64,000 nt of DNA from Candidatus Omnitrophota bacterium (lineage in GTDB: Bacteria > Omnitrophota > Omnitrophia > Omnitrophales > Aquincolibacteriaceae), in contig JBDRCT010000013.1 of the NCBI GenBank assembly GCA_043821445.1, forward strand, positions 82,149 through 146,148, written 5' to 3'. Every line of letters starts with the position of its first letter. Positions within the stretch are counted from its first letter, which is position 1. This document shows positions 35,380-43,973 of the stretch, in pieces. A program made the translations under genes and the position numbers. The notes beneath the pieces were generated by a model. The model saw nothing but the letters and a program-made list of their open reading frames with translations, had not been told where the DNA came from and searched no databases.

Positions 35380-37605
35380 TTATTCGAATCCCAAAAGCCG
35401 ACCGCCTTGGTAGACTACAAAAGAAGCCGACCATGCAAGGCCGGTCATGTAAAGAATCATGAAGAACATCCAGCCCCAAGACCCGGTTTCGCGCTTCACG
35501 ATCGCAAAGGTCGAGAAACACTGACAGGCTAGCACGTAGAAGACCATGAGAGAAAGCGCCACAAGCGGCGTGTAACTAGGTTTTCCGGTGATAGGCGAAC
35601 GCTGCTTTTGAAGCGCCTGAATGAGACCGACGGTCATACCCTCGCCTTGGGTCTCGACGTGATGCACGATCGCAAGCGTACTGATCAAAAGCTCGCGCGC
35701 CGCGAACGAAGCCACGATCCCGATGCCGATCTCCCAGTTAAAACCCAAAGGGCGGATGGCCGGTTCGATGGCTTTCCCGAGAGACCCGGCAAAACTTGAC
35801 CGGATCTGAAGATTCTTTTGCTCATGCTCGATGGCATCAAGACGCTCCTCTAGGGCTTCTCCGCTCAGCACTGATGAAGCTTGCTGCTGCGCGAGCTCAA
35901 AACGTGTCTGGGCTGCGGGATCTTTCGGATAGCTCACGCAAAACCAGAGCACGATCGACAGCAGGAAAATGATACCGCCCGCCCGGGTGATGAATTCCTT
36001 GGCGCGGTCCCACATGGTACCCAACACGGTTTTGAGATGCGGAACGCGGTAAGGCGGCAGTTCAAACACGAACGGCATCCTGTTCCCTTTGAGGAATGTT
36101 TTCCTGAAGAGCGCGGCGATCCCCAGTCCGGCTCCGATACTCAAGAGATAAAGCCCGAGAAGCGTCACTCCTTGGAGATGCAAAAGATGGAACACGTGAA
36201 TGTTCGGGATGAATGCCGCGATCAAAAGCGTGTAAACGGGAAGCCTGGCGCTGCAACTCATAAGAGGTGCCACGAGGATCGTCGCGAGCCGGTCGCTGCG
36301 GTCTTCGATCGTACGTGTCGCAAGCACTCCGGGGACCGTGCACGCAAAAGAACTCAAGAGCGGCAAGAACACCTTTCCGTTCAGCCCTACTTTTTTCATA
36401 AGCTTGTCGAGCACGAACACTGCGCGTGCCATATAGCCCGTATCTTCAAAAAGCGCGATAAAAAAGAAAAGCAGGAAAATCTGCGGCAAAAAAACGATCA
36501 CATTCCCGACGCCCGCGATGATACCGTCCACCACAAGGCTTCGAAGGGCCCCCTCCGGAAGCCACGCTTGAGCGAGACCGCCCAGCTTTTCAATAACCCG
36601 GGAAAGAAGGTCCATCGGCGCTTGCGCCCAGGAGAAGATCGATTGGAAGATGACACCCATGATCACGATGAAAGCTCCAAGGCCCCAAACGCGGTGCGTC
36701 AGGATCCTGTCAAGCCGATCCGAAAAAGCCGGGACCTTGCGGGACGCGCGCCGGACGACTTGAGCACAAAGATCATCGATCGCCCGGTACCGGCATTCCG
36801 GTTCCACGGAGGTCCAATCGATCCCGCTTTGCTTGAGTGAGGACCGGACGCTCAAAACCTCCGTCCTCAAAAGATCCCCCGTTTTCATGTCTTTGAAAAA
36901 AGGGCTCCGAAAAAGTCGGTCCGGCAAAAGCCTCAAGGCCTCCCCAAAAACCGCCCCCGGACGGTCCCTCAAACGGCTTTCGATCAGGGCTACGATTTTA
37001 TCGAGTTCGGTCTTCAGCCCCTCGGGTAAGAACGGCCCCAGGGAAAACTTTGCCTGCTGAGCGACCGGATTAAGAAGTGTCAGCGCGATCGTCTGCTGAA
37101 GTCTTGCGATCCCTTCACGCTCCATGCCAATAGTCGCCACACAAGGGACGCCCGTGAGCTCTGATAACCTTTCGAGATCGACCGCCATTCCGTTCCTTTG
37201 AGCCATATCCCACATATTCAGCACTAAAATCGCGGGGATCCCGGTTTCCAAGACTTGCGTCGCCAAATAAAGATTTCTCTCGAGATTATTGGCGTCGAGG
37301 ATCACGAGCACGAGATCCGGAGGCGGCGTATCCTTCCTTATCCCCAACAAAACATCATGAACGACCTCCTCGTCCAAGGAACGCGGCAAAAGACTGTAAG
37401 CGCCCGGAAGGTCCAGTACCGCTATCTCTTCACCTCCGGGGAATTGCATCCGTCCCATTCTCTTCTCGACCGTCACGCCGGGATAATTGGCCGTGCTATG
37501 ACGGAGACCGGTCAGGGCGTTAAAGATCGTGGTTTTCCCCGTGTTCGGATTCCCGACCAGAGCGATCTCCCTGCGTTTTTCTCCCGGATCATTTTCCGTC
37601 ATCAT
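35380..37605 (-). CDS. feoB: Ferrous iron transporter FeoB
   Basis: G-domain IALVGNPNTGKTT, DLPG, NMWD, membrane domain; start MMTEND. Confidence 0.9.
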   Translation of the reverse strand: MMTENDPGEKRREIALVGNPNTGKTTIFNALTGLRHSTANYPGVTVEKRMGRMQFPGGEEIAVLDLPGAYSLLPRSLDEEVVHDVLLGIRKDTPPPDLVLVILDANNLERNLYLATQVLETGIPAILVLNMWDMAQRNGMAVDLERLSELTGVPCVATIGMEREGIARLQQTIALTLLNPVAQQAKFSLGPFLPEGLKTELDKIVALIESRLRDRPGAVFGEALRLLPDRLFRSPFFKDMKTGDLLRTEVLSVRSSLKQSGIDWTSVEPECRYRAIDDLCAQVVRRASRKVPAFSDRLDRILTHRVWGLGAFIVIMGVIFQSIFSWAQAPMDLLSRVIEKLGGLAQAWLPEGALRSLVVDGIIAGVGNVIVFLPQIFLLFFFIALFEDTGYMARAVFVLDKLMKKVGLNGKVFLPLLSSFACTVPGVLATRTIEDRSDRLATILVAPLMSCSARLPVYTLLIAAFIPNIHVFHLLHLQGVTLLGLYLLSIGAGLGIAALFRKTFLKGNRMPFVFELPPYRVPHLKTVLGTMWDRAKEFITRAGGIIFLLSIVLWFCVSYPKDPAAQTRFELAQQQASSVLSGEALEERLDAIEHEQKNLQIRSSFAGSLGKAIEPAIRPLGFNWEIGIGIVASFAARELLISTLAIVHHVETQGEGMTVGLIQALQKQRSPITGKPSYTPLVALSLMVFYVLACQCFSTFAIVKRETGSWGWMFFMILYMTGLAWSASFVVYQGGRLLGFE

Positions 37606-37849
37606 ATTCCGCCTTTTGAACAAGTATTTTTGAGGCGTCCTGCTTCCGGATCGAGAGGCTGTACCCCCGGAGCACGACCTCCATGGGGTCGCCCAGCGGC
37701 GCAAAACGCTTCACCAGGATCCTCGTGCCATGGACGAGGCCGAGCTCTTTAAGCCGGTAGTGGAGGTCTTCTTCTCCTTGGTAGCCCTGGACAACACCCC
37801 ACTCCCCGGCTTTCAATTGATCGAGAGTGATGCGATTCATTTCCGGCAT
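37589..37849 (-). CDS. feoA: FeoA
   Basis: SH3-like FeoA: LDQLKAGEWGVV...LKELGLVHGTRILV. Confidence 0.8.
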   Translation of the reverse strand: MPEMNRITLDQLKAGEWGVVQGYQGEEDLHYRLKELGLVHGTRILVKRFAPLGDPMEVVLRGYSLSIRKQDASKILVQKAEYDDGK

Positions 37850-38265
37850 TTTTTGCAAAGCCCCACAAGTTGATGACAATGGTGCTCCAATTTAAAACGG
37901 TACTTTTCCGCAACGCGGCGTTGCGCCTTCTCGATCTGGGGGTCCTTGAACTCCACGATCTTCTCACACTCGCGGCAGATCAAGTGATCGTGGTGGGCCT
38001 TGAAATACCCGCATTCATAATAAGTGTCGCGACTCGTCCGGAAACTTTGCGCGACCACACCTGCCTCAAGAAGGATCGGAAGATTCCGGTAGACCGTGTC
38101 CCGCGAGACCTTCAGCCCTTGCTTCTTCAGACAGGAAACAAGGATATCCACGTTGAAATGCCCGCGCTGATGCCTGATCCCCTCGATCAGTTTGAGCCGT
38201 TCCCCCGTCAGACGGCATCCTTTGCCTCGGATAAACCCTTCGAATTCTTTTTGATTTTTGATCAC
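37837..38265 (-). CDS. fur: Fur family transcriptional regulator
   Basis: HHDHLICRECEKIVEF, CxxC pairs; GTG start. Confidence 0.8.
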   Translation of the reverse strand: MIKNQKEFEGFIRGKGCRLTGERLKLIEGIRHQRGHFNVDILVSCLKKQGLKVSRDTVYRNLPILLEAGVVAQSFRTSRDTYYECGYFKAHHDHLICRECEKIVEFKDPQIEKAQRRVAEKYRFKLEHHCHQLVGLCKKCRK

Positions 38266-38282
38266 GGAGAGAGGATCCTCTT

Positions 38283-38338
38283 ATTAAGATTAAGTCTGAA
38301 TAAGCGGGAGTGTAGCGGAAGGACCGCGGTATGTCAAC
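38283..38338 (-). promoter_or_regulatory. Candidate fur-feoAB promoter (-35 TTGACA / 17 / -10 TACACT) with tandem ATTAAG hexamers downstream (Fur-box-like)
   Basis: attaagattaag at 38283-38294 between -10 and the GTG start. Confidence 0.3.
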
Positions 38339-38340
38339 GC

Positions 38341-38385
38341 TTGACAAAGATACACCTCTTGACTATTATTGGCATATGCTAATAA
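38341..38385 (+). promoter_or_regulatory. Promoter of the DUF134-2 operon: -35 TTGACA / 17 / -10 TATTAT overlapped by the palindrome TTATTGGCATATGCTAATAA
   Basis: Divergent from fur; palindrome 38366-38385 matches the DUF134-1 operator. Confidence 0.5.
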
Positions 38386-38400
38386 CCTCTGAAGAAGCCC

Positions 38401-38703
38401 ATGCCAAGACCTTTTAAATGTAGACGCGTTTGCGGAACGCCCGGAACAGACTATTTTAAGCCCAGAGGTATTCCTCTCTCCAATCTCCAGGAAATCGGCC
38501 TAACGATTGATGAGTTTGAAGCGATCCGCCTTGCGGACTTGGAAGGCCTTTACCAGGAGGACGCCGCCAAGAAAATGGACATCTCCCGTCAGACATTCGG
38601 AAACATCATTGCGTCCGCTCATAAGAAGATCGCAGATGCCATTGTGAATGGTAAAGCCCTTAAAATCTCGGAAAACAAAGATATTAAGGAAACACAGACA
38701 TGA
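38401..38703 (+). CDS. DUF134 (UPF0251) predicted DNA-binding protein, paralog 2
   Basis: MPRPFKCRRVCGTPGTDYFKPRGIP...IDEFEAIRLADLEGLYQEDAAKKMDISRQTFGNIIASAHKKIADAIV. Confidence 0.8.
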   Translation: MPRPFKCRRVCGTPGTDYFKPRGIPLSNLQEIGLTIDEFEAIRLADLEGLYQEDAAKKMDISRQTFGNIIASAHKKIADAIVNGKALKISENKDIKETQT

Positions 38704-38873
38704 TAAAGATCGAAGGAAAACTGTGCAACGGCTGTGGAATCTGCAAAGAAATTTGCCCAGTAGACGGGATCAAGATTATAGACGGTAAGGCTGTAGCTAA
38801 TGAACAATGCATTGATTGCGGGACCTGCATCGCATCCTGTGCGTCCGGAGCGATCTCTCCGGCTGAAAATTGA
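38700..38873 (+). CDS. 4Fe-4S ferredoxin (57 aa; not in ORF track)
   Basis: MIKIEGKLCNGCGICKEICPVDGIKII...CIDCGTCIASCASGAI; two CxxCxxCxxxCP motifs; ATG overlaps DUF134-2 TGA. Confidence 0.7.
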   Translation: MIKIEGKLCNGCGICKEICPVDGIKIIDGKAVANEQCIDCGTCIASCASGAISPAEN

Positions 38874-38886
38874 TCCGGTATTGATT

Positions 38887-39480
38887 ATGGACTCAGTGCT
38901 GCTGTCACTCAGGAAAAGGACAAGGCAGTTCAAGCGATACGGCTACGACCTCCCTGCCTCCCGCCGGTTCATCTGGAAACTATCAGGTATTTGTCACGGG
39001 GAAGTCCTCGAAATCGGAACCGGCAAGGGGCATTTGACCGCCCTGCTGGCCCAGAAAGGTCTCAAGATCATCTCGGTCGATCTTGATGGAGAGGTTCTCA
39101 AGACCGCAAAAACTCACCTGTCCGCGCTAAAACTCAGTAAACGCGTTTCGCTCCGGAAGATGAATGCGGAAAGACTCCGGTTCAAGTCAAGGAGTTTTGA
39201 CAACGTGATCTCCATAGATTTTTTTCATCACGCCCGAAACCCGCTCCGTTGCCTCCGGGAAATGATGCGAGTAACTCGAAAGACCTTAACAATCGCGGAT
39301 TTGAACCAAAACGGTATGCGGATCATGGACCTTGTTCATAAAAGTGAAGGAAAGAGACACGAAACCCCCAAGATCCCATTTGGAGACCTAAAAAAGCATT
39401 TTCTCGCACATCATTTTAACGTCAAAAGTTATCGTCACCCATGCCACCAAATTTTTGTGGCGCAAAGGAGGAGTTCATGA
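38887..39480 (+). CDS. Class I SAM-dependent methyltransferase
   Basis: VLEIGTGKGHLTALLA motif I; start MDSVLL (track ORF begins earlier, overlapping the ferredoxin). Confidence 0.7.
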   Translation: MDSVLLSLRKRTRQFKRYGYDLPASRRFIWKLSGICHGEVLEIGTGKGHLTALLAQKGLKIISVDLDGEVLKTAKTHLSALKLSKRVSLRKMNAERLRFKSRSFDNVISIDFFHHARNPLRCLREMMRVTRKTLTIADLNQNGMRIMDLVHKSEGKRHETPKIPFGDLKKHFLAHHFNVKSYRHPCHQIFVAQRRSS

Positions 39481-39842
39481 AGATCTGCATCCCCACAACA
39501 ACCAAAGACGGAAAGTCCGCCCAAGTTTACGAACATTTCGGAAGTGCGCCTTTTTTTACTATTTGTGATTCAGATAAAAACACTATCGAGATCATCGACA
39601 ACGCAAACCAGCACCACTCCCACGGCATGTGCCAGCCCATGAGCGCGCTCGTCGGAAAAGAAATCGATGCGGTCGTTACCGGAGGCATGGGAGCCAGAGC
39701 TGTCCAGAAACTGAACGAAGGCAGGATCAAAGTCTACCGCGCCATCCCCGGAACTGTCGAAAATATCTTGAAGCAATTTTCAAAAGGTGGTCTTCAGGAA
39801 CTGACTATTGAGAATGCCTGCGCTCAACACGGGTGCCATTAA
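39477..39842 (+). CDS. NifB/NifX-type dinitrogenase FeMo-cofactor-binding domain protein
   Basis: MKICIPTTTKDGKSAQVYEHFGSAPFFTICD...AVVTGGMGARA; ATG overlaps methyltransferase TGA. Confidence 0.7.
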   Translation: MKICIPTTTKDGKSAQVYEHFGSAPFFTICDSDKNTIEIIDNANQHHSHGMCQPMSALVGKEIDAVVTGGMGARAVQKLNEGRIKVYRAIPGTVENILKQFSKGGLQELTIENACAQHGCH

Positions 39843-39875
39843 ACATTCCGGTGTGAGGATCTGTAGACTAAACAT

Positions 39876-40343
39876 ATGCGACAAACCCAAGAAAAGCTTA
39901 AATCATTACAAAGCCGTTTTCATGCGGCCTGCGTAGTTTGCGGAAGAGAAAATCCTCAAGGCATGAAATTGCCTTTTCACACCTGCAAGGACGGCTCGGT
40001 CAAAGCATGGTTCTTCTGCGATCAGCTTTTGCAGGGATATCCCGGATTGATGCATGGTGGCGTGATCGCGGCGATCCTCGACGGAGCGATGATGAATTGC
40101 CTTTTTGCCCAGGGTAGAATAGCCGTGACAGGGGTTTTGACGGTTTGTTTTGTGTCCCCCCTTGCCGTAAAACAGACTGCGACCGTCCGGGCACGGGTGA
40201 AAAAATCTATTTCCTCGTGTCATATCTTGGAATCAGAACTCTTGCAAGGCAGGCGCACCGTTGCGAAAGCGACGGCCAAATTCATGGAATGCACGGAACA
40301 TTTTCTCAGACAACATAAAATAGCGGAGGAGGAAAGAAAATGA
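39876..40343 (+). CDS. PaaI-family hotdog thioesterase
   Basis: LMHGGVIAAILDGAMMNC. Confidence 0.65.
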   Translation: MRQTQEKLKSLQSRFHAACVVCGRENPQGMKLPFHTCKDGSVKAWFFCDQLLQGYPGLMHGGVIAAILDGAMMNCLFAQGRIAVTGVLTVCFVSPLAVKQTATVRARVKKSISSCHILESELLQGRRTVAKATAKFMECTEHFLRQHKIAEEERK

Positions 40344-40513
40344 ACTTGTGGATCCGGCTGCTGGCCTTTGTGTGTGAAATCTGCCCTTTATGTATCACGG
40401 CGAGGTGTTTCCCAAATTCCAAATTCGCCGCGAGCATGAAGCGACTAGAAAAGTTTTGCCCTTTTTGCAGCGCCCACGAAAAGTTAAAACAAGATAACGA
40501 AAAATCTCAATAA
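40340..40513 (+). CDS. Cys-rich 57-aa peptide (CxxCPxC...CPFC), not in ORF track
   Basis: MNLWIRLLAFVCEICPLCITARCFPNSKFAASMKRLEKFCPFCSAHEKLKQDNEKSQ; GGAGGAGGAAAG SD; ATG overlaps thioesterase TGA. Confidence 0.4.
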   Translation: MNLWIRLLAFVCEICPLCITARCFPNSKFAASMKRLEKFCPFCSAHEKLKQDNEKSQ

Positions 40514-40516
40514 ATC

Positions 40517-40861
40517 ATGAAAGAGACGGCTAAAGCTTATTTTTTAGGAAAAAAAGGATCCCGCAGGCTGAATTGCGCTCAATCGGTGGCTGAGACATTC
40601 CGGGAGAAATACCCTCTGGACGAGAAAAAAACGACTATTCTCTCCGCATGCGGTGGGGGCATGGCCCCGGAGGGATACTGCGGCGCGTTTTACGCAGCAA
40701 AATGCCTTCTGGACTATCATTCCCCCCATCGCACCCAAGAAAGCATGGCGCAGCTTCATTCTGCCGCAGGCTCCCTCAAATGCCGGGAGATCAAAGCTTT
40801 AAAAAAACTGCCGTGCGTCGGCTGCGTTGAAAAAGCCGCGGAAGTGGTCGAAGAAAAATGA
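40517..40861 (+). CDS. C_GCAxxG_C_C family redox protein
   Basis: LNCAQSVAETF ... CGGGMAPEGYCGAFYAAKC. Confidence 0.75.
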   Translation: MKETAKAYFLGKKGSRRLNCAQSVAETFREKYPLDEKKTTILSACGGGMAPEGYCGAFYAAKCLLDYHSPHRTQESMAQLHSAAGSLKCREIKALKKLPCVGCVEKAAEVVEEK

Positions 40862-41565
40862 AAATTCGGCTTATTGCCGAAGGCTCAACAAGACGCGAAC
40901 GAAAGATCCTCCGGTGGGGCCTGGCCTTTCTTGTCGGGAACGTTCTCTTTGACACCTTCGGCCGGAAAGATATTTTTAAAAGAAACATCAGGCGCTTCGG
41001 GATTGATCTGTCCCGCGTCAAACATGTCGTGATCTCACATGAAGACTGGGACCACATCGCCGGGCTTGAGAATTTTCTTAAAACTCATCCTAAAACACCT
41101 GTTTATGTCTGCAGGAAATCCGGTAACGCGTTAAGAAAAATAATCCGCAGCAACGGCGGCTCACTTATCGAAGTCGACAAACCCCGAAAGATAAGCCGCA
41201 ATATTTTCTCTCTCGGTCAAATGCGGGCCGATACAGGCCGAGGCATTCTTTATGAGCAGGCTCTCGTTGTGAAGTCGCGACATGGTTTTTCCGTGATCAC
41301 GGGCTGCGCCCACCCAGGGATCTTCCGGATCATCAGACAGGCCATCAAGATATTCGGGAATAAAATTTACACCATTTGCGGCGGATTCCACATGAAGGAC
41401 AATACGCAGGAAGAGAATTAAAAAATCATCGAAAAACTTCAAGCGCTCGGCATTAAAAAGGTCATCCCCCTCCACTGCACTGGCGCAACTGCCCGCCGAT
41501 TATTCCAAAAAACCTACGAAAGGAATTTTGTGACCTTACGCGAAGGCAATACGCTTACCCTCTAA
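40858..41565 (+). pseudogene. MBL-fold metallo-hydrolase interrupted by an in-frame TAA (41419-41421)
   Basis: ISHEDWDHIAGL ... GGFHMKDNTQEEN*KIIEKLQALGIKKVIPLHCTGATA: the C-terminal PxHCTG motif continues in frame after the stop. Confidence 0.6.
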
Positions 41566-41569
41566 ACGG

Positions 41570-42511
41570 TCAGGTCGCGAAGGCGACTCGAAAGATACCT
41601 GTGGTAAGCTGGTCTTGATTGCTGCCCAGGACGTCCTGCTGAACGCCGAGGTCGAAGCGGAGATGATCGCCCGCCGGAATGATCGCGCCCGCTACCACAC
41701 TCACAAGCTTTCCGCCTTTGCCGGGGTTTTCAAAACTATGGTTATAAATAACCTCCATCTGAGGGTGAAGCCAGGAAAGCAACTGGTAACCCGCCGCCGC
41801 ATTAAAATTCCAGGTGCCGCGGTAGTTCCCCGTTTTTTTCGAATTCGCAAGCGGTACGTTGTAACCCGTGTTCAAAGTCCAGCAGAACCGTTTGTATTCC
41901 TGGGTGTAGATCAGATTGTTCGCAAAACTTACATAACCCGCCCCCGGCCCCAGATGATCAAGATTGCTGCGTCGGCCCGTCGGCAAATAGACCGTCGGGC
42001 TATAAGCCAGTTCGAATTTTTTCTCCTTATTCTCGTAAAACCGCCAACGACCCATAACCCCAAGGTCCCCGCGGCCGCCTCCGTGTGTCGGCCCGCCGAT
42101 CGTATCTTCCATTGCCTCGCCGGTCAACGGATCGATCTCGTCGGCGACTTCATTATCATTATTGTTTTTGTCGAAAAGATGATAAAAGCTCTGGAAGATC
42201 GCCATATCAATGTCCTTATAGAGTCCGATATAGGTCTCGACATCCCAAGCGTGAGTGAGATAGGTTCCCCGGTGATAACGCTCTGCATCCGTTTGCCAAG
42301 CGAATTTCCCGCCACGAAGCGAATAGGCAAGATCGACCTCGACATGGCCGGGATCCGTAGGTGTAGCATCTAAGGTCAGCAGCTTGGAATGGCATGCTTC
42401 TGTTTCTTCCTCATTTTGAATGGCAGGATCAACACGTATTTGTTCTGACGCTAGGGCAACGGATGTGAAAACTACGCTAAAAAAAAAGATGGGGAAAAAT
42501 CGCGCCTTCAT
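41570..42511 (-). CDS. Outer-membrane beta-barrel-like protein, paralog 2 (downstream of nikMN-nikR)
   Basis: Signal peptide MKARFFPIFFFSVVFTSVALA, TGRRSNLDHLG, ...RVAFAT. Confidence 0.55.
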   Translation of the reverse strand: MKARFFPIFFFSVVFTSVALASEQIRVDPAIQNEEETEACHSKLLTLDATPTDPGHVEVDLAYSLRGGKFAWQTDAERYHRGTYLTHAWDVETYIGLYKDIDMAIFQSFYHLFDKNNNDNEVADEIDPLTGEAMEDTIGGPTHGGGRGDLGVMGRWRFYENKEKKFELAYSPTVYLPTGRRSNLDHLGPGAGYVSFANNLIYTQEYKRFCWTLNTGYNVPLANSKKTGNYRGTWNFNAAAGYQLLSWLHPQMEVIYNHSFENPGKGGKLVSVVAGAIIPAGDHLRFDLGVQQDVLGSNQDQLTTGIFRVAFAT

Positions 42512-42516
42512 AGTCG

Positions 42517-42912
42517 TTATTCCGTCGAACAAGCAATCAAGTCTCCGCCCTTGATCCCTTTCAATCCGATCAGCTTTTTTGACAGACCATTCAGCTCTTT
42601 CGCATGGCCCTTCACGAGAATGGTTTCGAGACAATTGTGGTGGTCCAGATGCACATGCTGGCCCGAAAGAATGAGGTGATGATGGCCATGCTGGATGGTC
42701 ATGAGATTGTTAAGAAGATCGCGCCGGTGATGGTCATAGATCAGCACGATGCAGCCGGCCACCAGCCGGTTGTCCTTCCATTTGTCCTGGAGTAAATTTT
42801 TCCGTACGAGAAACCGTATCGCCTGCGAACGGTTGGGAAGTTTGTGTTTGGACACGAGGCGGTCCAATTCTTTCAAAAGAGAATCTTCTAAAGAAACTCC
42901 GAATCGTTTCAT
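42517..42912 (-). CDS. nikR: Nickel-responsive regulator NikR
   Basis: RHH N-term (VSLEDSLLKELDRLV) + C-terminal His cluster HGHHHLILSGQHVHLDHHNC. Confidence 0.8.
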   Translation of the reverse strand: MKRFGVSLEDSLLKELDRLVSKHKLPNRSQAIRFLVRKNLLQDKWKDNRLVAGCIVLIYDHHRRDLLNNLMTIQHGHHHLILSGQHVHLDHHNCLETILVKGHAKELNGLSKKLIGLKGIKGGDLIACSTE

Positions 42913-42925
42913 TGTTCTTCTCCGA

Positions 42926-43840
42926 TTACGCTGCGGTTTTGAGTTTCATGCCGGTAAAGCATCGGGCCAAAAGCCAGCCCATGGCAAAAGTCAACAATAC
43001 GCCGATCAAACCGGCCAATCCTATGGACAGAATCCCGTTTTGCAGCGCCGGAACAGCATAATCCGACAACGGGCTCACGAATGCGGGTGCGGCTTCGTGC
43101 AAGAACTGATATTTTTCAGCAACCCATTCGAGCCCGTCTGGAAATCCGCTGGCAAAAGGACTCCACAAAGCTCCGATTGTCACGGCCGCCAAAAGCGGTA
43201 CTCCAACATTCCACTGTGGAGAACGGCTTAAAGCTTTCGATGAAAGAACGCGGTAAGCTGCCACAGCAATCAATCCTTCACCGACCCCGATCAAGGCATG
43301 AACGCTTAACATCGTACCGGCAACCCTTGCAAAAGGGATCGCTCCCGAAACTCCCAGTTCGATACTGCACGCCAGCGCCGCCAAGATCACGGAAAGCCAT
43401 CCCGCCACACCAAGCGATGACAAGCAGAAGACCGAATCTTTTGCAGAAGCCCCTGCAAATCGCTTAAAAAGGAATCCTCCCGCCCCCGCTCCGATCAAGG
43501 CCATGTTCAGGATGTTGGCGCCAAGGACCGATGCGCCGCCGTCGGAAAATACAAGACACTGGATAAGAAGGACAAGCGTGATCGCCAGAATACCGAAAGG
43601 AACGCCGAGCAAAGCGGATGCGAGCACGCCCCCCAGGAGATGACCAGATGTGCCGTTCTGGATGGGAAAATTCATCATTTGTGCCGCAAAAATAAATGCC
43701 GCGACCGCTCCGAAACGGGATGCCGCAGGTTTTTCTTTGGACCTCAATGCCATGATCGCGGCGGCGGCAATGCCGAGCGCGCTTACGGTGGCAGTAACGG
43801 GACAAATCTGACCGTTGAGCATATGATCCGGAATGTGCAT
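42926..43840 (-). CDS. ECF-type Ni/Co transporter substrate-capture component, CbiM/NikM with C-terminal extension (NikMN-like)
   Basis: Starts MHIPDHML (CbiM signature MHIPDGxL); ~305 aa. Confidence 0.7.
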   Translation of the reverse strand: MHIPDHMLNGQICPVTATVSALGIAAAAIMALRSKEKPAASRFGAVAAFIFAAQMMNFPIQNGTSGHLLGGVLASALLGVPFGILAITLVLLIQCLVFSDGGASVLGANILNMALIGAGAGGFLFKRFAGASAKDSVFCLSSLGVAGWLSVILAALACSIELGVSGAIPFARVAGTMLSVHALIGVGEGLIAVAAYRVLSSKALSRSPQWNVGVPLLAAVTIGALWSPFASGFPDGLEWVAEKYQFLHEAAPAFVSPLSDYAVPALQNGILSIGLAGLIGVLLTFAMGWLLARCFTGMKLKTAA

Positions 43841-43973
43841 GCAAGACCTCCTTGAATTAGCGTGAAAAGAAATAGGTGTTACGTTTCTTAGGAAGATGCT
43901 ACTCAAAAAGATGTGGCTGTCAATCTTTTTTAGATTACTCGTCTAATGCTTGAGTTGACCCTTCCAGAAAGTT

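Noticed and set aside
42926-43906. Cobalamin riboswitch or NikR box upstream of nikMN
   Set aside because: Neither a B12-box-like sequence nor a GTATGA-N16-TCATAC NikR operator is recognisable in 43841-43973 by eye. This needs a covariance-model search.
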